This document shows, one piece after another, positions 1 through 11,282 of a DNA stretch of 64,000 nucleotides. The stretch lies in assembly GCA_000004985.1 (NCBI GenBank), contig GG738855.1. One strand, 5' to 3'. Numbering within the stretch: position 1 is the stretch's first letter; each line of letters begins with the position of its first letter. Under the pieces are notes generated by a model. It worked only from the letters and a program-made list of their open reading frames with translations, was not told the origin of the DNA and searched no databases. The position numbers and the translations under genes are program-made. Source of the stretch: Naegleria gruberi (Eukaryota).

Positions 1-2898
1 CAGGCTCTTGGTACAAAATTACCAAGAAGTAGTAGTGAGTTGAGAATTACGGAAAAGACAACATTACAACCTCTCTCACCACTTTCATTCCATGATGAAG
101 ATAACGAATTTGATGACAATAATCAACAAACTCCAGATAAAAAAGAGGAAGATAAATATCCAGAATTTAAAGTACCAGAATCGGAGTTAAAACAAACAAG
201 TGATTATTTGAAATTTGTAGGTGATGATGTAGATTTGGATAAGGAAACAGATTCAGATCAAAGTGATGAAGAATTGGATTTAACATCAAATTCTGTTGGA
301 GAAGATCCAAGATTGAGGAATGTCCACAATCTTCCTGAGGAATTCTTTTACAATCACGAAAAGCTGGGGAAAACAATGGATAGATTATTATCTATTTTTG
401 ACGAAACTCTTATTTTCAAGACTGGGCAACTAATTGAATCAAAAGATAATGGAGGAAACCATCAAGTTAATATTGGTAAAGTTATTCAACCAAACATATT
501 CTCTGAGAGTAGGAATGAGTTTGCCAAATGTTCCAAAAAAGTATCATTTCGTTTAAAGGAGATGGAGATTATTTTGAACACCAAGATTAATGATCTGAAA
601 CAAGAATTGACCATTGCAAAGAAAGAGAAGGACGTAAAAGCACTAGAGTGGAAGGAAAGATATGATAAATTGCAAAAGAGATGGCAAGATGTAATCTCTG
701 ACATGAACAGCTTACAAAAAGAAAAGGAAGAGATAAGAAAAGAAAGAGACTCACTCTATGGATTAGTTAGACTAAGTGAAACAATACCAGTTGTACCTCA
801 TCACATTCAAATGCCAACATCTGTTTCTTTAAATGCATTTACTGACGAAGTTGACAAAACCCACCCTCCAATTTCTGAAACTCCTTCACTAATGACAAGT
901 AAGGTCGAACCTGCCACTACACCAAACAGAATGACAAAAACAAATCTTTTGTCTAAGGAAATCTCTCCTAAACCCCAACGTCTGGAGATGCTTAAAGCTG
1001 TTTCCCAAAGATTGTTAACATCTATGGCGGATTCTCTCTCTTCACAAATGGCAACCATATTTCTCTATAACCCTAGGATTAACGAATTGCAAAGTTTTTG
1101 CATTGTTTGTAAATATGATTTTAACAATCCAGTATTGTATACATTAGTGGAAAATAAGAATCTAAGTAATGCAACACAATACTCGAATAATACACATATA
1201 CTGATTGGAGGACCAAAAGCATTCCCAAAGCAGATATCTGTTCCTGCAAATCAAGGAATCATTGGAGAGACCTTTGCAAAAACAACTGCTTTGAATATTT
1301 TCGATGTTCCAACATTCAAAAAGCATTACAGACAAATAGACAAAGATACTGGGCTTAAAACAAAGGTCGCAATTTCATATCCACTCATTACAAAGAAGAT
1401 GAATAATTGTTTTGGAGTTTTGGAAATTATGAATAAGACACCAAATCCAGATAATCTAGAAGAAATTGAACCTTATGACATTCAGGACGAAGCCAAAATG
1501 CATGAATATTCGACAATAATATCTGACCTTCTCGAAAGCGAAGCAGATTGCTTACCTTATTCAATTTTTGTTGGAAGAAGATCCAATACTCCCGTTGTTG
1601 CAAAAGAAAAGGATGATAAAAATACAGATCTTTCCAGGATCAATGTCACTAGGGTTTATGCACAAAATGCAATGAGAGTTTTTGAGGATTTGGAAGACTC
1701 GAGGACACCTGGAAGTCCGAGTAGCCCAGTTTCTAATCTTGCCCGTCCTACTAACGCTCTGGTTCCAAAAGATATTGAAGAGTACATTAAAAAGTTGGAA
1801 TCTTGTTGGAGGAAATCGGTGAGTGAAACAGCTCAATTCAAGAATGCTGCCACTCAATTGGAAGATCAATTAAATGACAGACAGGGGTATATCAAAAATT
1901 TGGAGAGAAAAGTTGGTGAAATGGAGAAAAATATGGAAGAAGCAAGGGATAAGATGATTTCAGACTTTAAGGAACAAAAGATTGCCAAGCAAGAGTGGAA
2001 AATTAAAGAAAATGAAATGAGAGTGGAATTGGATTTTATTAAAAAGGCTCACAATACCATTGTACAGGAACACATGTTCAGATTGAAGGAAGAAAGTATC
2101 AAGTCACTCTTACTACCTGTGAACCAGAATGAATCGAACTCTTCAAAACCTTCACCCCCACAGCCCCAACAGGAAGCTAAAAGAGATCGAGTTGAATTGC
2201 CCTATCTTGACAAGACTGTAAACCAATCGAAAAGGGTTCAAAATAATAGCACGAACAGTGGCTCCTCAAGAAAGACACCTGTAACAAAGAATGAAAGAGT
2301 CTCTATTGATTTTGCTGAGAGAAATTCTGTATACTATCCGCCAATATTTTACGAGCTTTTTTCTCAATACGCTCTCCCAACTTTGATTCTCAATAGCAAA
2401 TTTAGAATTTGGAAGTACAATGTAAGATTCCTCACTTTAATTGGTTGCAAGACTGAGCAGAACGAAATATTCCTCTCTCAAATATTGGGAATGCAATTTT
2501 CTGATATTTGTGTTGGTATTGAGGCTGATGCTCTGCCGAGACTATTGCAGTATGATGTTTTGCAAGGTTTGGGAATTGCCAAGTTGGGAAATGACAATTC
2601 AACTGATGCATTTAACTCTAATGGATCTAGGTCAGCCTCTCCAATTTTGAATAATTCAGGATTCAATACTTTAGATTTGCGATCAGACTCGAAATCTCCA
2701 ACTCAAAATCTACTTAGTAAGAAGACGTTTGTGAGAGTGACTGCCTACATCAGCAAACTAGGTCAAAATGGACAAAAGTTTTCTACCTACCAAGGAGGAT
2801 CTAAAATATCAGCCTCTCCTATCATGGATGAATCATCTGTTGGTAACAGTAATACATTAATTAAGGGACCTCTCTACAGCATTATTTTCACCAAATAA
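1..2898 (+). CDS. 5'-partial CDS, open from position 1 with the upstream part outside the window. It encodes a coiled-coil plus GAF-domain protein.
   Basis: The frame is open from nt 1, so the track 'start' at 40 is only an in-frame TTG. A heptad-rich segment (KINDLKQELTIAKKEK...) is followed by a GAF-like core (GIIGETFAKTTALNIFDV). Confidence 0.55.
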   Translation, partial: QALGTKLPRSSSELRITEKTTLQPLSPLSFHDEDNEFDDNNQQTPDKKEEDKYPEFKVPESELKQTSDYLKFVGDDVDLDKETDSDQSDEELDLTSNSVGEDPRLRNVHNLPEEFFYNHEKLGKTMDRLLSIFDETLIFKTGQLIESKDNGGNHQVNIGKVIQPNIFSESRNEFAKCSKKVSFRLKEMEIILNTKINDLKQELTIAKKEKDVKALEWKERYDKLQKRWQDVISDMNSLQKEKEEIRKERDSLYGLVRLSETIPVVPHHIQMPTSVSLNAFTDEVDKTHPPISETPSLMTSKVEPATTPNRMTKTNLLSKEISPKPQRLEMLKAVSQRLLTSMADSLSSQMATIFLYNPRINELQSFCIVCKYDFNNPVLYTLVENKNLSNATQYSNNTHILIGGPKAFPKQISVPANQGIIGETFAKTTALNIFDVPTFKKHYRQIDKDTGLKTKVAISYPLITKKMNNCFGVLEIMNKTPNPDNLEEIEPYDIQDEAKMHEYSTIISDLLESEADCLPYSIFVGRRSNTPVVAKEKDDKNTDLSRINVTRVYAQNAMRVFEDLEDSRTPGSPSSPVSNLARPTNALVPKDIEEYIKKLESCWRKSVSETAQFKNAATQLEDQLNDRQGYIKNLERKVGEMEKNMEEARDKMISDFKEQKIAKQEWKIKENEMRVELDFIKKAHNTIVQEHMFRLKEESIKSLLLPVNQNESNSSKPSPPQPQQEAKRDRVELPYLDKTVNQSKRVQNNSTNSGSSRKTPVTKNERVSIDFAERNSVYYPPIFYELFSQYALPTLILNSKFRIWKYNVRFLTLIGCKTEQNEIFLSQILGMQFSDICVGIEADALPRLLQYDVLQGLGIAKLGNDNSTDAFNSNGSRSASPILNNSGFNTLDLRSDSKSPTQNLLSKKTFVRVTAYISKLGQNGQKFSTYQGGSKISASPIMDESSVGNSNTLIKGPLYSIIFTK

Positions 2899-2996
2899 CA
2901 ATAAAGAGTCGCACTTAATTTGAAACCCACTTTCTCCTTTGTTACAAAAAAAGATTCCAAACAATATCTTGTTCTCTAATGAAAACCGATTAACTG

Positions 2997-5813
2997 TTGG
3001 TTTGCCACACAATGACCGAACATGATCATCATGAAGAAGAGAACAAACATGCTACTAGTTTACCGACAGGTTCCATAGAATTGGATGAAGTCATAACAAC
3101 AATTTCAACGACAAATAATCAATTGCAACAAACTTCTAATAACCATTCCGAAAATTCATCATCAAATCATTCTTCAACAACCTCTACAACAACTCGGAAT
3201 CACCCTAACCTTCCGGAAATAATAATTCCAAAGAATGAAGATATTATCGTAGCCATTTCCAAACATCATACCTCTCCAAATTCTCACCATATTCCCAATA
3301 ATAATACATCTACAGATATTGTCTTTGAGGATAATGGTGAATCCAATACTAGTTTTATGAATACAGAAGATGATATAATTTCAGATTCAACACAAGAGGA
3401 AAACCTCTATGATGATATTGTTCTATCAAATCCGACCCAACCAAACTCTGCGCGATCCAATAGTAACAATAGTACGGCAACAACAACAAGTAGTAACCAA
3501 CCCTCTCCTCTTCAACAATTAAACATTCAGCCCCATCATCAAATACAGGATGGTAGAGTTTCTCCCTCTGCAAATCCCTATCCGACAAGTTCTAATTCAT
3601 CAATTAAACAACAACATTCGGTAATCACGACTCCATCTCCTCCTTCGATTCCTTTTTCATCAGCTGCTACAAGACACCATGTAAATAATAATACACCAAC
3701 ATCATCACTACACAAACATACCACCACTACACCAACCGTAAATATATCAAGACATTATAGTGGCACCAGTAACAAATCTGATATTATCAGTATTGAATCA
3801 TCTTACTCTGAAACTTCGAGTTACAAAGCTAAAAGACATAGAGAAAGGAATATACAATACCAAACCAATACTGTATCTGAAAGGTCAAACAATTCTCATA
3901 GACAATCCAAATTACCTCCCTCTCTCATTTCTGATTTTACACCAAATAGAAACTCTCTAGTAAGGTTTCAAGAAGATAATATCATTGATAATAATTTACA
4001 TCATCAAATTTCCAAGAGACTCACATCCTCTCCAAGGGCTGAAGATGATCAAAGAATGATTGCAAGCAATTTCTTCACCAATGCCTCAGTGCCTAATCTT
4101 TTATCAATTGGAAGTAATATTTTCTTTTCTGGAAACAAGACCTCTACTGTCACAAGTAATAATGTAGACAAGTATAAGGATACTACAAATGTTCTAAGCT
4201 TACCAGATAATATTATGCTGCACATTTTCTCATTTGTTGGAATTCAATATGCAGAGGATAACAATTACAACATGCTCTGTAAGAGGTGGTATGTCTTGTT
4301 GTGCTTGGATTATTTGTGGAAGGAGAGATACTTTAATTTTTTCAATTCGAGATCAATTCAAGCAAATCCAATGCTTCTTTCATATTCTAAAGATTTTGAT
4401 TTTCCTCAAAGAAGCAAATTTAGATATAATTTAATCTTATTGAGAAAGAAGAAGCACCTCCTCAAGCAACGTCTTCTATCTCAAAACAGACACGAAAAAT
4501 CAAGAAGATACTTCCTATTCAACTCATTTGTATTGAATCCATTAGTTGCAATAATATGTTTCATGATTTCCACTGTAGTGTTTGGCCTACAAGAGGATGG
4601 TGTAATTCCAAAGAATGATAGAAATACTTTACTCTTTGTTTTTTTGCCTTTCTTCACATCATTCCTGTTTTCCATTGTTGGAAATGTTTCACTTGGTTTG
4701 AGAGAGACCATTTTCTGCAAGAATGGATTTTATGACATTTCTCACTTTATCCATTTTCTTGTTATTGTACTCGGACAGTACACATTCTATTTTTGCTCTT
4801 TACTGTTTGGTTTAAAGTGGTTTTGGTTTAAAACCTCTTTATGGACTTCCTTCTCCATTCCATGCCTTTGTATCTATATCATGTTTGTTGGATTTTGCTT
4901 TGCATATATTTTGCATAAGTATGTCAAAAGAAGAATTCAATTCCAAGATATGAGAAAGGATAGACCCAACCTGAGTGTAAATAGTCCTGAATACTTTTAT
5001 TTTGCTTATAGACTGAGATCTCATAAGAGAAGAGAATTCTACTCAAAAGCCAAATATATTGCACAACCATACGATGATGATTTTATAGAGTTGAGTGAAG
5101 ATGAAGATATGGGAAATGATACAGATGAGGATCTTGAGGATACTTTTGATGACTCTACTGCATTTGATGATGAAACTGAAACAACATCAAGAAAAACTGA
5201 TGAAATGGTTTCAACACCAAAGACCAGGGAAAGAAAGAAAGAGACAGCCAAGCTTTCTGTCTTTAAAGAGTTTGATAATCAAATGCATATTCAAGATATT
5301 ACTGACATATCCACACTTACCATTATTGTATTTATATTTCTCATACTATTTATGGTAGGATTGGAGATGATTCTGGTACCCCTCAAAATTGATGGGATTA
5401 TTGTATCTTCTTGGAGTTCTGTGTTTGTACCTCTATGGATAGTAATGTTCATTCTTTTATGTGGATTGCCGTCGTGGATAACATGGGAAATTTGCACCAA
5501 AACCAATTTAGACAAGAAAACAATAAGCACTTCAGTGGATGTCATTACTGAAGAATTTTCAAAGGCAACCACCAAAAATAAGAATGACCCAGAAAGATAC
5601 CAACGAGCATATTATTCGTTTGTTGCATGTCCATGGTGTTTTACCATTCCATTGTTTGTTGCTTTGGTTGTTCTTGCAGCCACTCTTGATGGAGCCAACA
5701 TTCCATATGTTGTTTCCTGTGCATTATTTGCATTTTGTGAGTTTGTAATTGGTGGCCTTTACTTGATGATTGTTATACCTTATACTCTAGCACACAACGT
5801 TTGGGATGTTTGA
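2997..5813 (+). CDS. F-box-like motif followed by a multi-pass transmembrane region; hypothetical membrane protein with an N-terminal S/T/N-rich low-complexity region
   Basis: Single 938-aa ORF. It has an LPDNIMLHIFSFVG F-box-like motif and at least 8 hydrophobic segments in the C-terminal half. Confidence 0.5.
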   Translation: MVCHTMTEHDHHEEENKHATSLPTGSIELDEVITTISTTNNQLQQTSNNHSENSSSNHSSTTSTTTRNHPNLPEIIIPKNEDIIVAISKHHTSPNSHHIPNNNTSTDIVFEDNGESNTSFMNTEDDIISDSTQEENLYDDIVLSNPTQPNSARSNSNNSTATTTSSNQPSPLQQLNIQPHHQIQDGRVSPSANPYPTSSNSSIKQQHSVITTPSPPSIPFSSAATRHHVNNNTPTSSLHKHTTTTPTVNISRHYSGTSNKSDIISIESSYSETSSYKAKRHRERNIQYQTNTVSERSNNSHRQSKLPPSLISDFTPNRNSLVRFQEDNIIDNNLHHQISKRLTSSPRAEDDQRMIASNFFTNASVPNLLSIGSNIFFSGNKTSTVTSNNVDKYKDTTNVLSLPDNIMLHIFSFVGIQYAEDNNYNMLCKRWYVLLCLDYLWKERYFNFFNSRSIQANPMLLSYSKDFDFPQRSKFRYNLILLRKKKHLLKQRLLSQNRHEKSRRYFLFNSFVLNPLVAIICFMISTVVFGLQEDGVIPKNDRNTLLFVFLPFFTSFLFSIVGNVSLGLRETIFCKNGFYDISHFIHFLVIVLGQYTFYFCSLLFGLKWFWFKTSLWTSFSIPCLCIYIMFVGFCFAYILHKYVKRRIQFQDMRKDRPNLSVNSPEYFYFAYRLRSHKRREFYSKAKYIAQPYDDDFIELSEDEDMGNDTDEDLEDTFDDSTAFDDETETTSRKTDEMVSTPKTRERKKETAKLSVFKEFDNQMHIQDITDISTLTIIVFIFLILFMVGLEMILVPLKIDGIIVSSWSSVFVPLWIVMFILLCGLPSWITWEICTKTNLDKKTISTSVDVITEEFSKATTKNKNDPERYQRAYYSFVACPWCFTIPLFVALVVLAATLDGANIPYVVSCALFAFCEFVIGGLYLMIVIPYTLAHNVWDV

Positions 5814-6041
5814 GATTCTTTATTTGCCAAATCCAAATGAAATTCAAAATATCCTCCGTCAAAATAAATTTAAAAATGACAAGTGAATCTCAATTTAAGT
5901 AAGAGAGAATAAAGGGATTGAAATCATTGAATTTGTAATGCTCGCCCTTAGTTTAGAGTCATACAGACAGTGCGCGTATGTTATAATGTTTCACCTCTTA
6001 AACATGCAATATTCAAATTTAAACAAATCAAATAGAGAAAG

Positions 6042-7446
6042 TTGAAAAAAATTAATTCAAACATCATGAATACTCAACACCTTTCTAATGAGCCATTCCA
6101 TAACACAATACCCTACCTGGAGCTTCTAGGCGTAACTGAATCTCTGGCCAGCAATTCAACAAGTAGCAGCAAAGGTATCAATTTTACTTCTGGCAAAATA
6201 CCTGAAGCTGCTGAAAACATTGGAAGTCTGGTCAATTCTGGCTTCTTCATATTGACTTTAGTTCCTGTTTTTATCATCCTAATTGCCTTTTATTATAAAC
6301 AAAGACAAGAGATGAAACGTAACCAGAGATTACTTTTCATTCTCGTGGCCATCCTAATTGTGGTGGAGGTTGTTGGGTTGTGCATTAGAGTTGTCTACAA
6401 TGCAACTGCACTTCACATGAACCAAATCGATTGGCAATCACTGCCTGACTTGCCTAGTTACAGAATTGTATTGTGGATTTCAGGTGTCTTGGAAAATGCT
6501 ATTGTCTATTCAGTCGTTGTAGCCATCACACTCATTATGGCCTTCGTTCAAGATATTTTGTAAGTTTATCACATTTATTCATGTTGAAATATTAAAGTTA
6601 TTTAGTTTGACAACTGCTGCAGCTGCTGGTTCCATGTCTAAAAAAGTTTACAGAAGATTACGTTACTCACTCATTGTTTTCTCAGTTGTGGCTTCCATCA
6701 TCTTGGGTCTTGTCATTGTAATTAATGCAACACTCAATTTACTAGTGAAAATGTCTATTATTGATAAGAATGCTGGTATTCCACTCCAAGTAGTTCTTTT
6801 AATTGTTTATTTCCTCACAAGTGTCCTCACACTCATTGTATTTTCAATTGTGGCAATCAGATTAATTGGTATTGTGAAAAAAACTTCAAGCAACATTTCC
6901 AGTGCAGTTTCTCCAACTCAAAAGAAGAAACAAAAAAAGGATGTGCCTTATATGAAGATTGTTGGCTTAATGTTTGGTATGATTATCAGTTCCTTCTTTC
7001 AAATCTTGTCAGCAATTATTGGCTTCCTCACCTCTTCATTTGCAGGATATTTACACATTTTGGACTATTTCTGCCAAGCTGTTGGTATTCTAATCTTTGT
7101 CGTTTTCGTTTTATTGTTGTACAATCCATTGTGGAGACGTGAAGTTGCTGAAGATCAACAACGTGCTTTGGATGATACTCAAACAGATACCTCTTCTCAC
7201 ACTCATCCAAATGCAACAAGAAAGAGTTTGAAAATTGAAACTACTTCCAAAATGCAACAATTAGATGATTTGGAAATGACACCTGTCTCACCAATGGTGC
7301 AATCTCCAAAGGCAGAGACAATCACAACAATGAGTGGAGCTGGAGAGGGTTCATCACTAGCTAATTCAATCGTTAATGGAGAATCTCAAGATGAAAACTC
7401 TCATTCTTTGATGGGAAATACTGAAACACCTCAATCTGTTGTTTAA
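6042..7446 (+). CDS. Seven-transmembrane receptor-like protein, join(6042..6559,6606..7446) with a 46-nt intron
   Basis: Track ORFs 6042..6563 and 6607..7446 join in frame. The GTAAGT donor overlaps the apparent stop, and TTTAG is the acceptor. The spliced product has 7 predicted TM helices and an acidic, S/T-rich tail. Confidence 0.55.
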
Positions 7447-7614
7447 GCTAAGATCACGTCATAACAGCTATTATTGTATCATATATCCTCAAAACATTAA
7501 GAAATAACCCTTTAAATATGAAATGCAGAGTCTATTAATAAATATTGATTTTATTCGCTTTCAAAATTTTGTAATCTCTATATTTTGTTTTTCAACCAGG
7601 TCAATTGAATTAAT

Positions 7615-8811
7615 TTAAGCAAGACGTTCAATAACAACTGCTGAAGCACCACCACCACCATTACAAATGGAAGCACAACCAATTTCTTGATTTCTATGTT
7701 GGAGAGCACTGATCAAAGTACAGAGAATTCTAGCACCTGAACAACCAATTGGGTGACCCAATGAAACAGCACCACCAAAGATGTTTACATTACTAACATC
7801 CAATCCAAGAATCTTCATATTAGCAAGGGCAACAACAGAGAAAGCTTCATTAACTTCCCACAAATCAACATCACCAATATTAACACCAGCATGTCTCAAA
7901 GCAATTGGAACAGCAGCAGAAGGAGCAGTTGGGAAATCAATTGGAGCCTTTTCAGCATCACCATAACCCAAAATTCTAGCAATTGGCTTCAAACCAGCAT
8001 TCTTGGCCTTTTGTTCACTCATCAAAACTAAAGCAGCACCACCATCAGACAGTGTGGAAGCATTGGCAGCGGTGACAGTACCATCCTTCATAAAAACTGG
8101 CTTGAGTTGTGGAACCTTATCAAAGTTAATGTTAGTATATTCTTCATCTTTTTGGAGATAGCTGACAACATCACCCTTCTTCTTTGTTGGAAGAGCAATC
8201 GAGAACATTTCATTAGCCATATATCCCTTTTCATTAGCTTCACGAGCTCTATTATATGATTCAATTGCATAGTTATCTTGATCTTCACGAGTAATACCAA
8301 ATGATTTGGCAGTATGTTCAGCACACCAACCCATATGTTCATTACTGAAGGCATCAGTCAAACCATCCTTCAAAATTGAGTCAACCAATTTACCATCACC
8401 TAATCTGTGACCAGATCTTCCGTGTGGAACATAATATGGTGCATTACTCATAGATTCAAAACCACCAGCAACAACACAATTATGGATTCCTAATTCAATT
8501 GATTGAGTACCATACATGACAGCCTTCATACCAGAAGCACACATCTTGTTGAGTGTTGTACAAACGACACTATCTGGAAGACCAGCATGAATACAAGCTT
8601 GGCGAGCTGGAGCTTGACCCAAATTAGCAGAAATAACATTGCCCATAATTACTTCTTGTACTTCGGAGAGTGTAACACCTGATTTTTGAAGGGCAGAACG
8701 AATGGCCAATGAACCTAATTTTGGTGCATCAAATCCAGAGAGTTTACCAAGGAAGGAACCGATTGGTGTTCTTTGAGCGGCAACAATAACAGCACGAGTC
8801 TTTAAAGTCAT
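7615..8811 (-). CDS. ACAT: acetyl-CoA acetyltransferase (thiolase II)
   Basis: Strong full-length thiolase similarity (VIVAAQRTPIGSFLG, NKMCASGMKAV, NEAFS, GHPIGCSGARI, CNGGGGASA). The first ATG is at 8811 (MTLKTRAV), so the track ORF start at 8925 is upstream read-through. Confidence 0.9.
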   Translation of the reverse strand: MTLKTRAVIVAAQRTPIGSFLGKLSGFDAPKLGSLAIRSALQKSGVTLSEVQEVIMGNVISANLGQAPARQACIHAGLPDSVVCTTLNKMCASGMKAVMYGTQSIELGIHNCVVAGGFESMSNAPYYVPHGRSGHRLGDGKLVDSILKDGLTDAFSNEHMGWCAEHTAKSFGITREDQDNYAIESYNRAREANEKGYMANEMFSIALPTKKKGDVVSYLQKDEEYTNINFDKVPQLKPVFMKDGTVTAANASTLSDGGAALVLMSEQKAKNAGLKPIARILGYGDAEKAPIDFPTAPSAAVPIALRHAGVNIGDVDLWEVNEAFSVVALANMKILGLDVSNVNIFGGAVSLGHPIGCSGARILCTLISALQHRNQEIGCASICNGGGGASAVVIERLA

Positions 8812-8948
8812 TTTTTTATAATAATTTAATAAATAAATTTTCGCGTTTTTCCATTCAACCAAGAGTATGGACCATTTTAGTTTTGGAAGGAAAAGCGGAT
8901 CTCCATTTTGTAAAGTTAAGCTCAATTGAAATTAATTAATTGAATAAG

Positions 8949-9911
8949 CTAATTGAAAATCTTCCAAATGCCTCTGATTGACTTTTGGTGAACAGCATAT
9001 GGAACCTCAAGAAGACCTCTCAACATTTTCATAATATCTAACCCCATTGTTAAACCGATAATACCAGCAATAGAACCCAATAAACCTGGAATATCTGTCG
9101 ATAGGACTTCATCAATAACTTGAACATCAAGCGTTCCATAAGAGACAGAGATAATAATATCTGCAGAACTGGCATTCGATATTTTGATTTGTGACAAGGT
9201 TGGCTCCCACAGTGTAGTTGAATTCCCATCAAGAAAGTTCTTTGTCACCTTATTCAGAGTATACATATTATCCTTGTATGGAGAAGCAAATTGTGTCTCT
9301 GCAAAAATGTCAGCTTCAGCAGCTATTTCATGGAATGAAATCTGAGCACCATATTTCCCTGCAGTAGGAGCTTTCATTTTAAAGTTCAATGATATTGATC
9401 CTCCAAATCCTGCAGTTGATGTTGTCTTAATACTCTTAATTTCATTATTAAGAAAATAACAATTAAATTTCAGTCCAGAAGTTACAATCTCCTTCTTTTG
9501 ATTTGTAATGGTTGTTGAAGACTTTACTCCAGAGCTGGAGTAAGAATAAGCTCCAGTAAAAGTAATATCACAATAATCACAAGCTTCGGAAGGAGGCTTG
9601 GCATTATAATTACAAATGGTCATCCCAGGAAATTCCATCTTATCCTGAGTGACATACGAGATTGTTGTTGTAGGCTGGTTTTTACTCTTCTCATAGGTAT
9701 CCGATACGTCATAAATATACCAGCCACTAAATCCTAGAAAAATCAACCAACCAATAATTGCGAAAATATCCCTTACTGCAAATTTCCATTTCTTTTTAGG
9801 AGCAGCTGGAGCAGAAATTTGTATACCTATTTTCTCTCCAACCTTTTCAACTCCTTCTACAAGAGTATGCACGGGAACAGTTGAATTCATTTTTTTAAGC
9901 ATGTAGTTCAT
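8949..9911 (-). CDS. ENaC/ASIC/degenerin-family two-TM channel-like protein, paralogue A
   Basis: It has an N-terminal TM helix followed by the FPGMTICNYN motif (compare FPAVTICN of ENaC/ASIC), a roughly 230-aa extracellular-type loop, and a C-terminal TM2 LLGSIAGIIGLTMGLDIMKM (compare [20 protein letters not shown]). Confidence 0.65.
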   Translation of the reverse strand: MNYMLKKMNSTVPVHTLVEGVEKVGEKIGIQISAPAAPKKKWKFAVRDIFAIIGWLIFLGFSGWYIYDVSDTYEKSKNQPTTTISYVTQDKMEFPGMTICNYNAKPPSEACDYCDITFTGAYSYSSSGVKSSTTITNQKKEIVTSGLKFNCYFLNNEIKSIKTTSTAGFGGSISLNFKMKAPTAGKYGAQISFHEIAAEADIFAETQFASPYKDNMYTLNKVTKNFLDGNSTTLWEPTLSQIKISNASSADIIISVSYGTLDVQVIDEVLSTDIPGLLGSIAGIIGLTMGLDIMKMLRGLLEVPYAVHQKSIRGIWKIFN

Positions 9912-10035
9912 ATTGTATTTGGGGTGTTTCTACAGAGAGTGTATGAACTTGAACATAAAAGCGGGAGATGAATGGCTTCTCGATTATGTTTATTAAATTC
10001 ATAATGTATTATATTACATTGTTGGTTATTAAACC

Positions 10036-10977
10036 TTAATTCAAAGCTTCATAGACCAGTCTGTGTTGTTTAGTTTTGACTGCTTCGAATATAATAAACC
10101 CAACTCTTATCATTTTTAGGAGATCCAGGCCGAACAATACACCCAACATACCAGCAATTTCTCCCATCAATTCAGTCCAAGTTTTAGACTCGAATTCATT
10201 TCTAGTTGTAATGTCCAATTTACCATAACCAACAGAAACCACAACTGTTCCATCAGAATAGTTAATTAATTTTACAGAAGACTTCACTGCCTTATAGAGT
10301 GTGTTATCAGTTCTATACTCGACTGATGTCTTTAATCTCTTAATGTTCTCTAAAGAGAGAGTGAAAAAGTTATCATCTCCAACTGATGCAAAATTGAACT
10401 TGGCATGGTCATTATCGACAGAAACACCTTCATCATAAGTATTGAAAAATACATAAAGACCAGCTCTTTTAAGACTATTAATCTTTGAGAAATCATCAAG
10501 TGTAAACTCAAAAGCAATTGATCCACCATATCCACTTTGATTTGATTTGTATTTTGATTTTCCATCTCCATTAAATGTAAAACACTGATACGTGTAGACA
10601 GTACCTGCCTGTGTTACTGTAATTTTTGATGATGAAAGAGTTTCAGTGCAACTCCCTCCAGGAATTGTGCATCCAGTAAAACTTAGTGCTGTATCTGGTA
10701 TTGATGAACAAAATGTTGTCTTGGGAAAGTTCAATGATGAATAAGAAGTGACATCCACTGATACTGGAGGATGGGTCTGAAGATAAGAGTAGCCAGATAT
10801 AACACTCCACATATAAACTCCCAACATTGCAATACTTCCTAGCCATCCGAAAATTACAAGAAATTCTCCATAAGTGTATCCATATTTCTTCTCAAGCTCA
10901 TCTCTTGCTCCTTCTCCACTTCCATCATCGGAATCTTCTTCTGCTCCTAAAACATCAACAGGTTGATCGGTGGTCAT
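10036..10977 (-). CDS. ENaC/ASIC/degenerin-family channel-like protein, paralogue B (tandem duplicate of 8949..9911)
   Basis: Same architecture as paralogue A, with NFPKTTFCSS after TM1, GGSIAFEF, SVGYGKLDI, and TM2 LMGEIAGMLGVLFGLDLLKM. It is colinear with paralogue A. Confidence 0.65.
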   Translation of the reverse strand: MTTDQPVDVLGAEEDSDDGSGEGARDELEKKYGYTYGEFLVIFGWLGSIAMLGVYMWSVISGYSYLQTHPPVSVDVTSYSSLNFPKTTFCSSIPDTALSFTGCTIPGGSCTETLSSSKITVTQAGTVYTYQCFTFNGDGKSKYKSNQSGYGGSIAFEFTLDDFSKINSLKRAGLYVFFNTYDEGVSVDNDHAKFNFASVGDDNFFTLSLENIKRLKTSVEYRTDNTLYKAVKSSVKLINYSDGTVVVSVGYGKLDITTRNEFESKTWTELMGEIAGMLGVLFGLDLLKMIRVGFIIFEAVKTKQHRLVYEALN

Positions 10978-11282
10978 TCTCTATTTCTTCTCTATGTATC
11001 CCTTAATGATGAAAATTTATTAATTTTTTTGAATATGAACTTGTTATTCCCGCGCATTGTACTCTGGAGACATTATTGTAGTGCGATTGATCAGAATGGC
11101 TTGAGGGTTTTGAGGTGAAAGAATGGAAATTGAGCTCCAACTAAGAATAAGTTCCCATTTCAAATAATTGTCAATGGCTCAATGGATTGTTGAGCTTGTA
11201 TGTCAAATTATCACTGTGGCAAAGATTAGACCAAAGAATTCAAGTTTGGTTGCTATGTTTGTCTAAACTTATTGTACTCTAA

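Noticed and set aside
167-1058. Track ORFs 167..376(-), 486..704(-) and 807..1058(-) nested antisense in the first gene
   Set aside because: They lie opposite a long, well-supported sense ORF. Their composition is low-complexity with no ATG context, which is typical of chance antisense frames in AT-rich coding DNA.
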